Below, in pieces: positions 46,555 through 55,998 of a stretch of DNA of 64,000 bases. Origin of the DNA: Dehalococcoidia bacterium. GTDB lineage: Bacteria > Chloroflexota > Dehalococcoidia > UBA2979. The notes below the pieces were generated by a model. It was given only the letters and a program-made list of their open reading frames with translations, did not search any database and was not told where the DNA came from. The translations under genes were made by a program, and so were the position numbers. The stretch covers positions 22,930 to 86,929 of the forward strand of contig JAXLWY010000005.1 in the NCBI GenBank assembly GCA_046328255.1. Direction: 5' to 3'. Within the stretch, counting starts at the first letter, position 1. Each line of letters starts with the position of its first letter.

Positions 46555-47580
46555 ATGGTCATACTCGAATCGCGAGCGCCGTCCGCGCTCGGCGGCGGCA
46601 TGCGCGCTCGCATCGAGGCGTTTCCTCGCGAGGCTCGTCGCGCCTGGGAGAGCGGCCTGACCTGGCCGCTACCCGCCGATTTCCGCGCCCCGGCCCGAGT
46701 CGTAGTCTGCGGCATGGGAGGTTCCGCGACCGGCGGCGACTTCCTGCGCGCGTACCTCCGGCGCACCCTGCCCGTCGAGGTGGTACGCGACTACGAGTTG
46801 CCGCCCTGCGACGCGCACACGCTCCTCATCGCCAGCTCCTTCTCGGGCAACACCGAGGAGACCCTCGCGGCCTTCGCCTCGCCCCAGGCGGCGACTGCCA
46901 TGCGCCTGGCGCTCACCACCGGCGGTCGGCTGGACGAAGTCGCACGCGCCACGGGCACCCCGCTCATGGCCTTCGAGTGCGACGGTCCGCCGAGGACGGC
47001 ATGGGAGTACGGCTTCCTCCCCGTGCTCGCGCTGCTCGGGCGGCTCGGCCTGGTGGACACCACGCCCGCCGAGGCGGCACTCGCCGCCATCGAGACGCAG
47101 GCGCCGGTGCTCGAGGCGTTCGCCGTCGCGCTGGCACCGCAGTTTGCCGATCGCATCCCGTTCATCGTGGGCGCCGAGCACCTCGCGCCCGTGGCACGTC
47201 GCTGGGCCGCCCAGGTCAACGAGAACGCCAAGCGCGTCGCCTTCTTCGGCGAGGTCCCCGAGGTGAACCACAACTTTCTGCTCGGCCTGACGGACGCGCG
47301 CGCCGCCGGCATGGTCGCGGTCCTCCTCGACTCCACGCTCATCAGCAGTCGCACTCGCAAGCGCCTCGATCTCACCGAGCGCATCCTCGAGCAGCGCGGC
47401 GTCCCGCACGAGCGCGTCCTCATCCCCGGCGCGTCCGAGGTCGACTCCATGCTGCGAGGTTCGCTCCTCGGCGACTGGCTCTCCTGGGAGCTCGCGCGGA
47501 TGGAGGGCGTCGACCCCTCGGACACGGCCGTCCTCGAGCAGTTCAAGGCCGACCTCGTGACGGTACCGCCCGTCCACTAG
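46555..47580 (+). CDS. Bifunctional phosphoglucose/phosphomannose isomerase (SIS-domain, archaeal-type PGI/PMI)
   Basis: VVCGMGGSATGGDFL and ASSFSGNTEETL SIS motifs. 341 aa. Confidence 0.8.
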   Translation: MVILESRAPSALGGGMRARIEAFPREARRAWESGLTWPLPADFRAPARVVVCGMGGSATGGDFLRAYLRRTLPVEVVRDYELPPCDAHTLLIASSFSGNTEETLAAFASPQAATAMRLALTTGGRLDEVARATGTPLMAFECDGPPRTAWEYGFLPVLALLGRLGLVDTTPAEAALAAIETQAPVLEAFAVALAPQFADRIPFIVGAEHLAPVARRWAAQVNENAKRVAFFGEVPEVNHNFLLGLTDARAAGMVAVLLDSTLISSRTRKRLDLTERILEQRGVPHERVLIPGASEVDSMLRGSLLGDWLSWELARMEGVDPSDTAVLEQFKADLVTVPPVH

Positions 47581-47599
47581 ACCCGGCCCCGCAGGTCGC

Positions 47600-48328
47600 T
47601 CAGGCCGAGGTCGTCACGGAGCTCGGGTGCGCGGCCGCGGCCGGCTCCGGAGGTGGCACACCCGGCGCCGTCAGCACGAGGTGTCCGCCGGGATGCCCCG
47701 CCTGCCTGGCGAGCACGATCGACAGCCCGAGTCGACGCGCGACGCTCCTCGTCACCCGCGACGGGAGATCGAGGTCGTCATCGTCCCCCTCGGTCGTCGC
47801 GTCGCTCGAGACGATGAGTGCACCCACGTCCGCATCGACGATCGAGATCGGGACCGTCACGGTCGCGCCGCCGAGGGGGTTTCCGCGTACGGTCACCCGC
47901 CCGTTCGTCGCTCCGGAACGCGCCGCCCCATCGAGGAGCGCACGCACGACGAATCGAAAGCGCGCCTCGTCCGTGCGCAGCGTGGGCGCGGAGTCGGCGA
48001 AGTCCTCGGTGAGTTGCGAGTGCGGCCAGCGTCGCCCGAATGCGCGTACCTCCTCGTGCACCAGGCCGTCCACCTCCACCTCGTCAGGATGCAGCGCGAA
48101 TACGCCCTCCTGCAGCCGCAGCTGCTCGATGAACGCCTCGGCGACCGTCTTCAGGCGCTCGGCCTCACCCACCAGCATCCCGATGCTCGAGCGCGACTCC
48201 GGGCTCCAGTCCGCAGGGCGGTTCGCGGCCAGGCGATTCAGGAGATGCGCAAACCCCAGGACGTTCGCGAGCGGGCTCAGCAGCTCCTGCGCCCCACTCT
48301 CGAGTAGCTCGTCGCTTCGCATGCGCAC
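47600..48328 (-). CDS. Degenerate histidine-kinase-like protein (DHp plus CA-like fold, no sensor domain, phospho-acceptor His replaced by Gln)
   Basis: The H-box position reads GAQELLSPLANVLGFAHLL, where Q replaces the H of SHELRTPL. The N-box, G1 and G2 boxes of the ATPase domain are poorly conserved. It lies directly downstream of a bona fide kinase. Confidence 0.6.
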   Translation of the reverse strand: MRMRSDELLESGAQELLSPLANVLGFAHLLNRLAANRPADWSPESRSSIGMLVGEAERLKTVAEAFIEQLRLQEGVFALHPDEVEVDGLVHEEVRAFGRRWPHSQLTEDFADSAPTLRTDEARFRFVVRALLDGAARSGATNGRVTVRGNPLGGATVTVPISIVDADVGALIVSSDATTEGDDDDLDLPSRVTRSVARRLGLSIVLARQAGHPGGHLVLTAPGVPPPEPAAAAHPSSVTTSA

Positions 48329-48415
48329 TCCATCGCCGGGCGCGGGTGACGCGGCTCATCCTACCGACCCTGCCCCACCGCTCGAGTCGGCTCCGACGTG
48401 GCCACGTCCGCCACG

Positions 48416-50059
48416 CTAGCCCTCGGCTGACCCCGCGGCGTCGGAGTCGACCTCCTCGACATCCGCCTCGTGCGCCTCATCCGCCTCGTCGGGCGGCTCC
48501 GGTGCGTGCACGGGGAGGCGCACCACGAAGCGCGCCCCTCGGCCTCGGGGCGCGGCTGCAGTCAGGGTGCCGCCGTGCGCCTCCACGATCTCCTTGCTGA
48601 CCGCGAGCCCAATCCCCAGCCCGCGATCCGCATCGTCGCTGCTGACCTGGTGGAAGCGCTCGAAGATCAGCGCACGTTCCGCCCGCGGCACGCCGCGCCC
48701 CCGATCGCGCACCGCGATCTCGACTGACCTGTCGTCGTCGACCAGCGTCACCGCCACATCAATGCGGCTCCCCGCAGGGCTGAACTTCCGCGCGTTGTCC
48801 ATCAGGTTGAAGATCACCTGCTCGATGCGCGGGCCGTCGACCTCCGCGATACACGAGGCCGGCGCGGTGACATCGATCTCGTGACTGCCGTCGGCCGCCA
48901 CCGACGCAGTGGCGACATTCCTCACCAGCACCGTGAGGTCGCACGCCGTCCGCCTCAGCGGTGCGCGCCCCGTCTCCAACCTCGAGTGCTCGAGCAGTTC
49001 CTCGACGAGGTGCAGCGCGCGGTCGCACTGCTGCGCGACCTGCTCCAGCGTCTCGCTGACCTCGTCGGCCGTCATCGAACGCGTCGACGCACGGCGCTGC
49101 GCCAGCTGCACCGTCCCCTGCATCACAGCGAGGGGACCCCGGAGCTCGTGCGAGGCGATCGACAGCAGGTACTCCGCCGTCGACTCAGGCTCCGCAGGTG
49201 CCGCCATCACGCGCTCCGGAGGCGCGCCATCGTCCTCGAGTGGCGACGAATCGAGGGCCGTCGTCGTCCCGAACCATCCGAGGAGCTCGTCTTCCTCATC
49301 TCGCAGCGCGACCGCTCGAGTCAGGAACTCGCGATACTCGCCGCCCGCCGTTCGATGTCGAGCGCGTGCCTCGTACATCCCGCCCAGTCGCTGCGCCGTC
49401 TCCCACGCGTCACGGCAGCGCTCGTAATCCTCCGGATGCAGCGCGGGTCCGGGCACCGAGCCGGCCGGGGATTGCGCGCTCGCCAGGTCGGTCGTCCATC
49501 GCTGATTCGTGAGCACGATCGAACCATCACTCGCAGCCACCCAGACCACCGTTGGTGCGGCCGTCGCAACCTCGACGAACCCGGCGTCCGTCCGCACGAT
49601 TCCGCGCCCGAGCGGTTCGAGGGCCACGATCGAACAGTCCGGCAGCGCGCCGATCGGCGTCACGCTGTAGCCCGTGCGCAGCGTGAGCCCCGAGAGCGCG
49701 CGCACCATCGCGATCCCGCTGCGCGCACCGGCCTCGCGCACGATCGCACCCAGCGTGACGGGCTGATCGGCCGCATCCGCGTCGAGCACGCAGGCTTCGA
49801 GGGTGTCCACGACCTCGGGCGGCGTCCCGTACGCCAGCTCGAACGCGCCGTTCGAGGCGATCACGTGCCCATTGCTGCGGACCAGGAGCAGCGGCGAGTC
49901 AATCTCGGCGATCGCGGCTGCGAATTCTTGTACGGGCGCCTCGTCGATCGTCACGCATACCCCACTGCCCACCGTCGTCAGGTTGAGGAGGATGCACACG
50001 CGGGCCGATGCCGCACTCGACTGCCCGTGCGCGGCGTACAAGGTAACAACTGTCGTCAC
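48416..50059 (-). CDS. Cytoplasmic sensor histidine kinase with PAS/GAF-like N-terminal domains
   Basis: H-box SIASHELRGPL, N-box NLMDNARKFS, G1 RDRGRGV, G2 GLGIGLAV. No TM segments are evident. Confidence 0.9.
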   Translation of the reverse strand: MTTVVTLYAAHGQSSAASARVCILLNLTTVGSGVCVTIDEAPVQEFAAAIAEIDSPLLLVRSNGHVIASNGAFELAYGTPPEVVDTLEACVLDADAADQPVTLGAIVREAGARSGIAMVRALSGLTLRTGYSVTPIGALPDCSIVALEPLGRGIVRTDAGFVEVATAAPTVVWVAASDGSIVLTNQRWTTDLASAQSPAGSVPGPALHPEDYERCRDAWETAQRLGGMYEARARHRTAGGEYREFLTRAVALRDEEDELLGWFGTTTALDSSPLEDDGAPPERVMAAPAEPESTAEYLLSIASHELRGPLAVMQGTVQLAQRRASTRSMTADEVSETLEQVAQQCDRALHLVEELLEHSRLETGRAPLRRTACDLTVLVRNVATASVAADGSHEIDVTAPASCIAEVDGPRIEQVIFNLMDNARKFSPAGSRIDVAVTLVDDDRSVEIAVRDRGRGVPRAERALIFERFHQVSSDDADRGLGIGLAVSKEIVEAHGGTLTAAAPRGRGARFVVRLPVHAPEPPDEADEAHEADVEEVDSDAAGSAEG

Positions 50060-50152
50060 ACATAACCACCGACGAAGGGAGGGCGTCGTCGGCTGACCGT
50101 CAACACGCGTGCAGGTCGACTCGCCGCACGCGCCCGTCCAGGCAGGTCGTCG

Positions 50153-50950
50153 CTAGCTCGCGCGCTGCTCCTGCGCGACCGACGGAGTGTCACCAGGCAC
50201 GCCGTGAGCACGCGCAGCCGCTTCGCGTCTGCTCCCCTCCCGTGATGACTCGGTGGGCGAGAGCACGAGCATGTACCCGATCCCCTGGAATGTGCGGATC
50301 AGGTTGAAATCACCCAGCTTGCGCCGCAGGCGCGACACCCAGACGCGCAGGTACTGGTAGTCATCCCGGTACTCGGTGCCCCAGACTTTCGTCAGCAACT
50401 CCGTGTTGAGCATCACCTTGCCCGGGTTCGCCGCCAGGTGCTGCAGCAGCATCCACTCCGTCCGCGTCAGGTTCACGAGCTCGCCCTGACGACGCACCAG
50501 CCGCCGCTCGAGGTCGATCTCGAGATCACCGACGCGCAACGTCTGCGACGACACGGGGTCGGCCATCGACCGGCGAAGTACGGCACGCACGCGCGCGCCC
50601 AGCTCCTCGGGGTTGACGGGCTTGACGAGGTAGTCGTCCGCTCCCAGGTCGAGGCCGTGCACCTTGTCGCGATCGGAGGCGCGACCCGTCAGCAGGATCA
50701 CCGGCAGGTTGTTGCGCGCGCGAAGCTCGCGCATCAGTTCAAGACCGTCGGTGCCGGGCATCATCACGTCGAGGACGGCCACGTGCGGTCGGTACTGCTC
50801 GGCGAGGCGCAACGCCTCGTCGGCGCCGCTCGCCGTGAGCACGCGGAACCCTTCGTCTCGCAGGCACAACCTGACCACGCGAAGAGCAGCCGGTTCGTCG
50901 TCGACTGCAAGCACGAGGGGTTCGGTCTGCACCACAGCACTCCCTGCCAC
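50153..50950 (-). CDS. OmpR/PhoB-family response regulator
   Basis: Receiver domain (LAVDDEP...VLDVMMPGTDG...K in DDYLVKP) plus a winged-helix output (TRTEWMLLQHL...LRVWVSRLRRKL...GIGYML). There is a C-terminal extension of about 35 aa. Confidence 0.9.
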   Translation of the reverse strand: MAGSAVVQTEPLVLAVDDEPAALRVVRLCLRDEGFRVLTASGADEALRLAEQYRPHVAVLDVMMPGTDGLELMRELRARNNLPVILLTGRASDRDKVHGLDLGADDYLVKPVNPEELGARVRAVLRRSMADPVSSQTLRVGDLEIDLERRLVRRQGELVNLTRTEWMLLQHLAANPGKVMLNTELLTKVWGTEYRDDYQYLRVWVSRLRRKLGDFNLIRTFQGIGYMLVLSPTESSREGSRREAAARAHGVPGDTPSVAQEQRAS

Positions 50951-51100
50951 GTCGTCACGGCGCGCTTCCGTCGCGCGACCGCCACCTTATCGCGGCACCC
51001 CCTCACCGGAGTCGACGTCCGTCACAACTCTCTGTCAGATCGTGCACAACATATGCACGCTGTGGGGATGGACGCGCAACACGCACGCAAGCTCTCGGGC

Positions 51101-51712
51101 TCACGACCCGGGAGGCGTGGCCCCGTTTCGACGCGCCCGCTGCACGAGCTGCCACCCGATCAGCACCGCCAGCGTCAGGCCGGCCAGCACCCATCCGCTG
51201 CTGCTGACGAGATCCCCCACCGCCTGCACGCGATCGGCAAAGAGGGCGCCCGCCGTCACGTAGATGCCCACCCACAGCGCCTCGCCGAGGGTGCCCCAGG
51301 CAACGAACCACGCCCACGAGTACTCGATGCTGCCACTCCCGACATTCACCCAGGGCCCAAGAGGTGTGATCAGCCATCGAGTGAGGAAGACGGCGATCCA
51401 CCCCCACCGCCCGAGCATCGTCTCGGCCCGCTCGATGTGGACGTCGGCGTCCAGCAGTCGAGTCAGCTCGTCCTTCACCCACGTGCTGCTCGCGCGACCG
51501 ATCCAGTATCCAACCTGGTCGCCGGCGACCGCTCCGATGGTCCCGAAGATCAGGACCTGCCAGATGTCGAGGTCGCCCGTCGAGATCAGGGCCCCCGCCA
51601 TCAGCAAGAGCACAGTGCCCGGCAACGGCACACCCACGGCCGACACGAGCAGCGCGACACACAGGGCCGGCGCCCCGTACGTCGCCACCAGGTCGAGTAC
51701 GAACGAGCTCAA
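51101..51712 (-). CDS. DedA/SNARE-associated (VTT domain) membrane protein
   Basis: GVPLPGTVLLLMAGAL...GAVAGDQVGYWIGR...FLTRWL motifs. The TTG start at 51712 overlaps the upstream stop as TTGA. Confidence 0.75.
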   Translation of the reverse strand: MSSFVLDLVATYGAPALCVALLVSAVGVPLPGTVLLLMAGALISTGDLDIWQVLIFGTIGAVAGDQVGYWIGRASSTWVKDELTRLLDADVHIERAETMLGRWGWIAVFLTRWLITPLGPWVNVGSGSIEYSWAWFVAWGTLGEALWVGIYVTAGALFADRVQAVGDLVSSSGWVLAGLTLAVLIGWQLVQRARRNGATPPGS

Positions 51713-52098
51713 TTGGGCGTAGTCGGCCGAGGAGGCGGCGGAGGCGGTGGGCCGAACGGCACACCCGAGGCGCGGGCCTCCGCGATCGCTGCCTCCAGCT
51801 CCCCGCGAAGCTGCGCGAACGGTTCCCCGCGCGACTCCGCGATCACGCTCAGCGGACGTCGGTCCGGCGTCTCCGGCAACCCGAGCGCGCGCTGCAGCAC
51901 CCAGGGCGGCACGTGATACGAGGCGGCCACACGCCGAATCGTCATCCACTCCGCGATCGGTTCATCGCGAGGCGGTCCGTGTAGCACCATCGCGTGCCGC
52001 GCCGCGCGTGCAGCCTGCCACCCTGTGAACAGCACCACGATCACGAACGCGACCAGCAGGATCCTGTGTCGCGTCAGCGCGCTGCGCAGCACTCGCAT
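51709..52098 (-). CDS. Hypothetical membrane-anchored protein with a C-terminal heptaproline tract
   Basis: N-terminal TM segment ILLVAFVIVVLFTGW, good GC3, and an ending of GVPFGPPPPPPPRPTTPN. Confidence 0.5.
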   Translation of the reverse strand: MRVLRSALTRHRILLVAFVIVVLFTGWQAARAARHAMVLHGPPRDEPIAEWMTIRRVAASYHVPPWVLQRALGLPETPDRRPLSVIAESRGEPFAQLRGELEAAIAEARASGVPFGPPPPPPPRPTTPN

Positions 52099-52605
52099 TC
52101 GTCGGCCAACTCTCTGGGGCGTCGCGCCGCGATCGCGTCACTCCCGGATCGATCGTGCGCTCGACGGCCACTCCCCGCAACGGCAACACGTCGTAATGAC
52201 ATGCTCGCCACGACGCCCCACATGGCATTTCAACAGGGCGCCGTTACAGGTCCCTCACAACGGCGAGAGACTCCGCGCGCGGTCCCGGCGCCCACCGCTG
52301 TGCGAATCGTGGCTCCTGCACACGAGCAAACCACCCGACTGCCGCACGCGCCTGCCCATTGCCGCTGCTCTTCCCCGATTCGCGAGCAATAGAGCCACTT
52401 TCCAGCGACTCATCGCCGGAGCATCAAGCGCAGCCGAGCAACAACGGCCAGCGCTGCCCGCAACGCCCGTGCCAACCCGCCTCGCTTCTCGCTGTGACGA
52501 CCGTTTCAGGGCGAGATCCATGATCTTGTGTCATCTGGCTGCCACCCATCCCCTTGGTATGTTCCGCCCACTCCCGGGGACCCGGTGTGAGTGTCGGAGG
52601 CGTGC

Positions 52606-53652
52606 GTGACCAACGTTGCGGTTGTCGGGTATGGGTACTGGGGCTCGAAGCACGTTCGCGTGCTCTCCGCCATGCCGGGAGTCCACGTCACGGTGGTGGA
52701 CGCCACCCCGGCGCGCCTCGCGGCAGCGGAGTCCGACTTCCCCTCAGTCCGCACCTGCGCCAGCCTCGATGACGCACTGAACGACGTCGACGCGGTCGTC
52801 ATCGCCACTCCCGCGCGCAGTCACGCCGCCCTCGCGGCCCGTGCGCTCTCCGCGGGCGTCGACGTGCTCGTTGAGAAACCCCTCGCCACCACCTCAACAG
52901 AGGCCCTCGCGCTCATCGCGGCGGCCGAGCAGCACTCCGCCGTGCTCATGGCGGGTCATACGTTCGAGTACAACCCCGCCGTCTGGCGACTCCGCGATTT
53001 CATCGACAGCGGCGCACTTGGCAACATCTACTACCTCGATAGCGCGCGACTCAACCTCGGGCTCTACCAGCCCGATGTGAACGTGCTCTGGGATCTCGCG
53101 CCGCACGATGTGTCGATCGCGAATTACCTGCTGCGCGCCGAGCCCGTCGAGGTCTCCGCGTGGGGCCGGCCGCACGCCGGCCGCCAGCTCGTCGATGTGG
53201 CGTACCTGCAGCTGGGCTACCGGAACCCGGACGTCACCGCCTACATCCACGTCTCATGGCTCGACCCATCGAAGGTGCGCCGGGTCACCGTCGCGGGCAG
53301 CGCCAAGATGGCCGTCTACGACGACATGTCCGCCGACGAACGCATCCGGATCCACGACAAGGGCCTGAACGAGGTGCCCCAGGATGCGGGCCCCGGCTAC
53401 CCGACGAGCTACCGCCACGGCGACATCCTGTCGCCCCGCGTGCCCTTCGACGAGCCACTGGCCGTCGAGGACCGCCACTTCATCGACGCCGTACGCCGGC
53501 TCGCCGAGTGCAGGACGCCGGGCGCCTCCGGCCTCGCCGTCGTGCGCGTCCTCGAGGCAGCCGACCGCTCCATCCTCGCGGGTCACGCCGTCCGTCTCGG
53601 CGAAACCCGCGGCGCAGACGCAGGCACCGAGGCGGTCGCGGTCAGCGCGTAA
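52606..53652 (+). CDS. Gfo/Idh/MocA-family NAD-dependent sugar(-nucleotide) oxidoreductase
   Basis: GTG 52606 lies 5 nt after GGAGG. Rossmann N-terminus VAVVGYGYWGSKH and a VLVEKPLA motif. Confidence 0.85.
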   Translation: MTNVAVVGYGYWGSKHVRVLSAMPGVHVTVVDATPARLAAAESDFPSVRTCASLDDALNDVDAVVIATPARSHAALAARALSAGVDVLVEKPLATTSTEALALIAAAEQHSAVLMAGHTFEYNPAVWRLRDFIDSGALGNIYYLDSARLNLGLYQPDVNVLWDLAPHDVSIANYLLRAEPVEVSAWGRPHAGRQLVDVAYLQLGYRNPDVTAYIHVSWLDPSKVRRVTVAGSAKMAVYDDMSADERIRIHDKGLNEVPQDAGPGYPTSYRHGDILSPRVPFDEPLAVEDRHFIDAVRRLAECRTPGASGLAVVRVLEAADRSILAGHAVRLGETRGADAGTEAVAVSA

Positions 53653-53721
53653 ACCCGGTCGTCGGGGCGTCAGCGTGGTTCATACACGGAAGCGGACGGC
53701 CGCTAGCAAACGAGGGGTGAG

Positions 53722-54867
53722 ATGACCTCCACCAGGGTGCTCGTCACCGAGCAGGTTCCGTTCCTCGATCTCGGTGCCCTGCACGATGAAGTACGCGCGG
53801 AGCTCGACGAGGCCTGGCGCGACATCACCGACACTTCCGCCTTCATCGGCGGCCCGTGGCTCGCACGCTTCGAGCAGGAGTTCGCCGACTACTGCGGAAC
53901 GAACTACTGCGTCGGCGTCGCCAACGGCACCGACGCGTTGATCCTCGCCCTCCGCCGCCGGCATCGCCCAGCCGAGGTCGTCCCTGCCAACACCTTCATC
54001 GCCACCGCCGAGGCGGTCCGCCGTCGGCGCGCAACCGGTCTTCACCGACGTCGACCCCGACACCCTGCTGATGACCGGCGCGCACCTCGAGGCCGCCATC
54101 ACGCCTCGCACCGCCGCGGTCCTGCCGGTTCACCTCTTCTCGGTCAACCCGTCGACATGGACGACGTCGGCGCCGCGGCGAGGCACTACGGCCTGCTCCT
54201 CGTCGAGGACGCCGCGCAGGCGCACGGCGCCACCTGGCAGGGCCGCCGCGCCGGCGGCTTCGGGCGTCTTGCCGCCTTCAGCTTCTACCCGGGCAAGAAC
54301 CTGGGCGCGCTCGGCGATGGCGGCGCCGTCGTCACGGACGACGAGGAGCTGGCGAGGCTCGTGCGCTCCATCGGCGCACACGGCGCCGCGCCCGGTCTCC
54401 GCTACGTGCACCAGGTCGTCGGCACGAACAGTCGCCTCGATGGCCTCCAGGCCGCGCTCCTTTCCGTGAAGCTGCGCCACCTCGATGCCTGGAACGAGCA
54501 CCGCACTCGCATCGCCCGCGCGTACGACGAGCGGCTTGCCGACTGCCCCGAGGTCACCCCGGTCGGCATCGCCGCCGGCGCCTCGAGCAGCTACCACCTC
54601 TACGTCGTTCGCATTCCCGGCCGCAACCACGTCCAGGCCGAGCTGGCAGCACGCGGCATCGAGACCGGCATCCATTACCCGATCCCGTGCCACCTCCAGC
54701 AGCCCTACCGCGAGTTCGCGCGCGGTCCGCTTCCCGTGGCCGAGCTCGCGGCGAACGAGATCCTCTCGCTCCCGATGGGTCCACACCTGACACTGGCCCA
54801 GGTCGACCGCGTGTGCGACGCACTCGAGGACATCCTCGCCCCCGCCCGCGCGTCGGTGGCCTCGTAG
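53722..54867 (+). pseudogene. DegT/DnrJ/EryC1/StrS-family PLP sugar aminotransferase with an internally frame-scrambled segment
   Basis: The conserved flanks are in the ORF frame: [53 protein letters not shown]. Between about 53955 and 54145 that frame reads RRRHRP...[28 protein letters not shown]. The expected text [40 protein letters not shown] lies in the +1 frame. Confidence 0.8.
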
Positions 54868-54945
54868 CCCGCGCGTGCCTGCGATCAGGTCCCCCCACCG
54901 AACCGCGTCGTGCCGAGGCGAACTCGCGTGATCGAGGCGCCCGCG

Positions 54946-55989
54946 ATGGCTCTGCACGTCGTCCACGCGGACCCGCGCACCGATCCGCGATGGGCGCGGC
55001 TGGTCGCGCTCTCCCCCGACGCGACGGTGTTCCACTCACCGGAGTGGCTGCGCGCCGTATCGAGCACCTACGGCCTGCAGCCTGTCGCGAGCCTGCTCTG
55101 TGACGGCGAAACGGTCATCGGGGGCACCGTATCCGCCCGGATCGACGACCCACGCGGCACGCGTCTCGTCTCCTTCCCCTTCTCCGACTTCATGGATCCG
55201 CTCGTCGAATCCTGCGAGCAGTGGCGACTCCTCGCCGCCGACCTCCTTGCCGAACCGCTCCCGTTCCGCGCGCGCGTCCGCCGCGCGCGCTGGCTCCTCG
55301 ACGACCCCGACCTCCAGACCGAGGCGATCGGCTACTGGCACGCGGTCGATGTCACCACCGAGGACGCACAGTGGGCCGCCCTCGGTGGTTCCGCGCGCCG
55401 CAACATCCGGCGCGCGCACGACAGCGGCCTCTCGATCGAGATCGGCAGCACCATCGAGCAGATCCGCGAGTTCTTCGACCTCCATCGCCAGGTCCGCAAG
55501 CACAAGTACCGGCTGCTTCCTCAGCCCTGGACCTTCTTCGAACAGCTCCACGCGGCCTTCGAGCCCGAGCTGCGCCTCCACGTGCTGCTCGCGCGCCAGG
55601 GTGGAGTCGCGGTCGGCGGCATCCTCGCGCTCGCCTGGGGCGACACCCTCTACTACAAATTCAACGCCTCTGCGCTCGGACAACTCGGGGTCCGCCCAAA
55701 CGACCTTCTCGCCTGGGAGGCGATCGGCCTCGCCCGGCGACTGGGGCTCGCGCGTCTCGACTTCGGATTCAGCGACGCCGATCAGCCCGGCCTCGTCCGG
55801 TACAAGCGCAAGTTCGCAACCGTCGAGTCACCCGTGCACCGCGTTAGTCGGACCGCCGAGCTACCGCCATCTGGCGGCGCAGCCTTCGGACGAGACCTCA
55901 CAGCGTTGACCGCGATTCTCACGGACCCTCGAGTTCCCGACGACCTCACCGAGGCGGCCGGCGCGCTCCTCTACCACTACTTCGCCTAG
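54946..55989 (+). CDS. FemAB-like / GNAT-fold acyltransferase (Acetyltransf_6-like)
   Basis: Start MALHVVHADPRTDPRW at 54946. TVFHSPEWLRAV, the C-terminal NASA...G.RPNDLLAWEAI and LDFGFSD...GLVRYKRKF patterns are typical of the FemAB-like GNAT family. Confidence 0.6.
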   Translation: MALHVVHADPRTDPRWARLVALSPDATVFHSPEWLRAVSSTYGLQPVASLLCDGETVIGGTVSARIDDPRGTRLVSFPFSDFMDPLVESCEQWRLLAADLLAEPLPFRARVRRARWLLDDPDLQTEAIGYWHAVDVTTEDAQWAALGGSARRNIRRAHDSGLSIEIGSTIEQIREFFDLHRQVRKHKYRLLPQPWTFFEQLHAAFEPELRLHVLLARQGGVAVGGILALAWGDTLYYKFNASALGQLGVRPNDLLAWEAIGLARRLGLARLDFGFSDADQPGLVRYKRKFATVESPVHRVSRTAELPPSGGAAFGRDLTALTAILTDPRVPDDLTEAAGALLYHYFA

Positions 55990-55998
55990 GAGGCCGTC

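Noticed and set aside
51041-51057. GTGCA-N7-TGCAC inverted repeat upstream of the response regulator as an autoregulatory site
   Set aside because: The arms are only 5 bp and there is a single occurrence. OmpR-family regulators usually bind direct repeats. The evidence is too weak to call.
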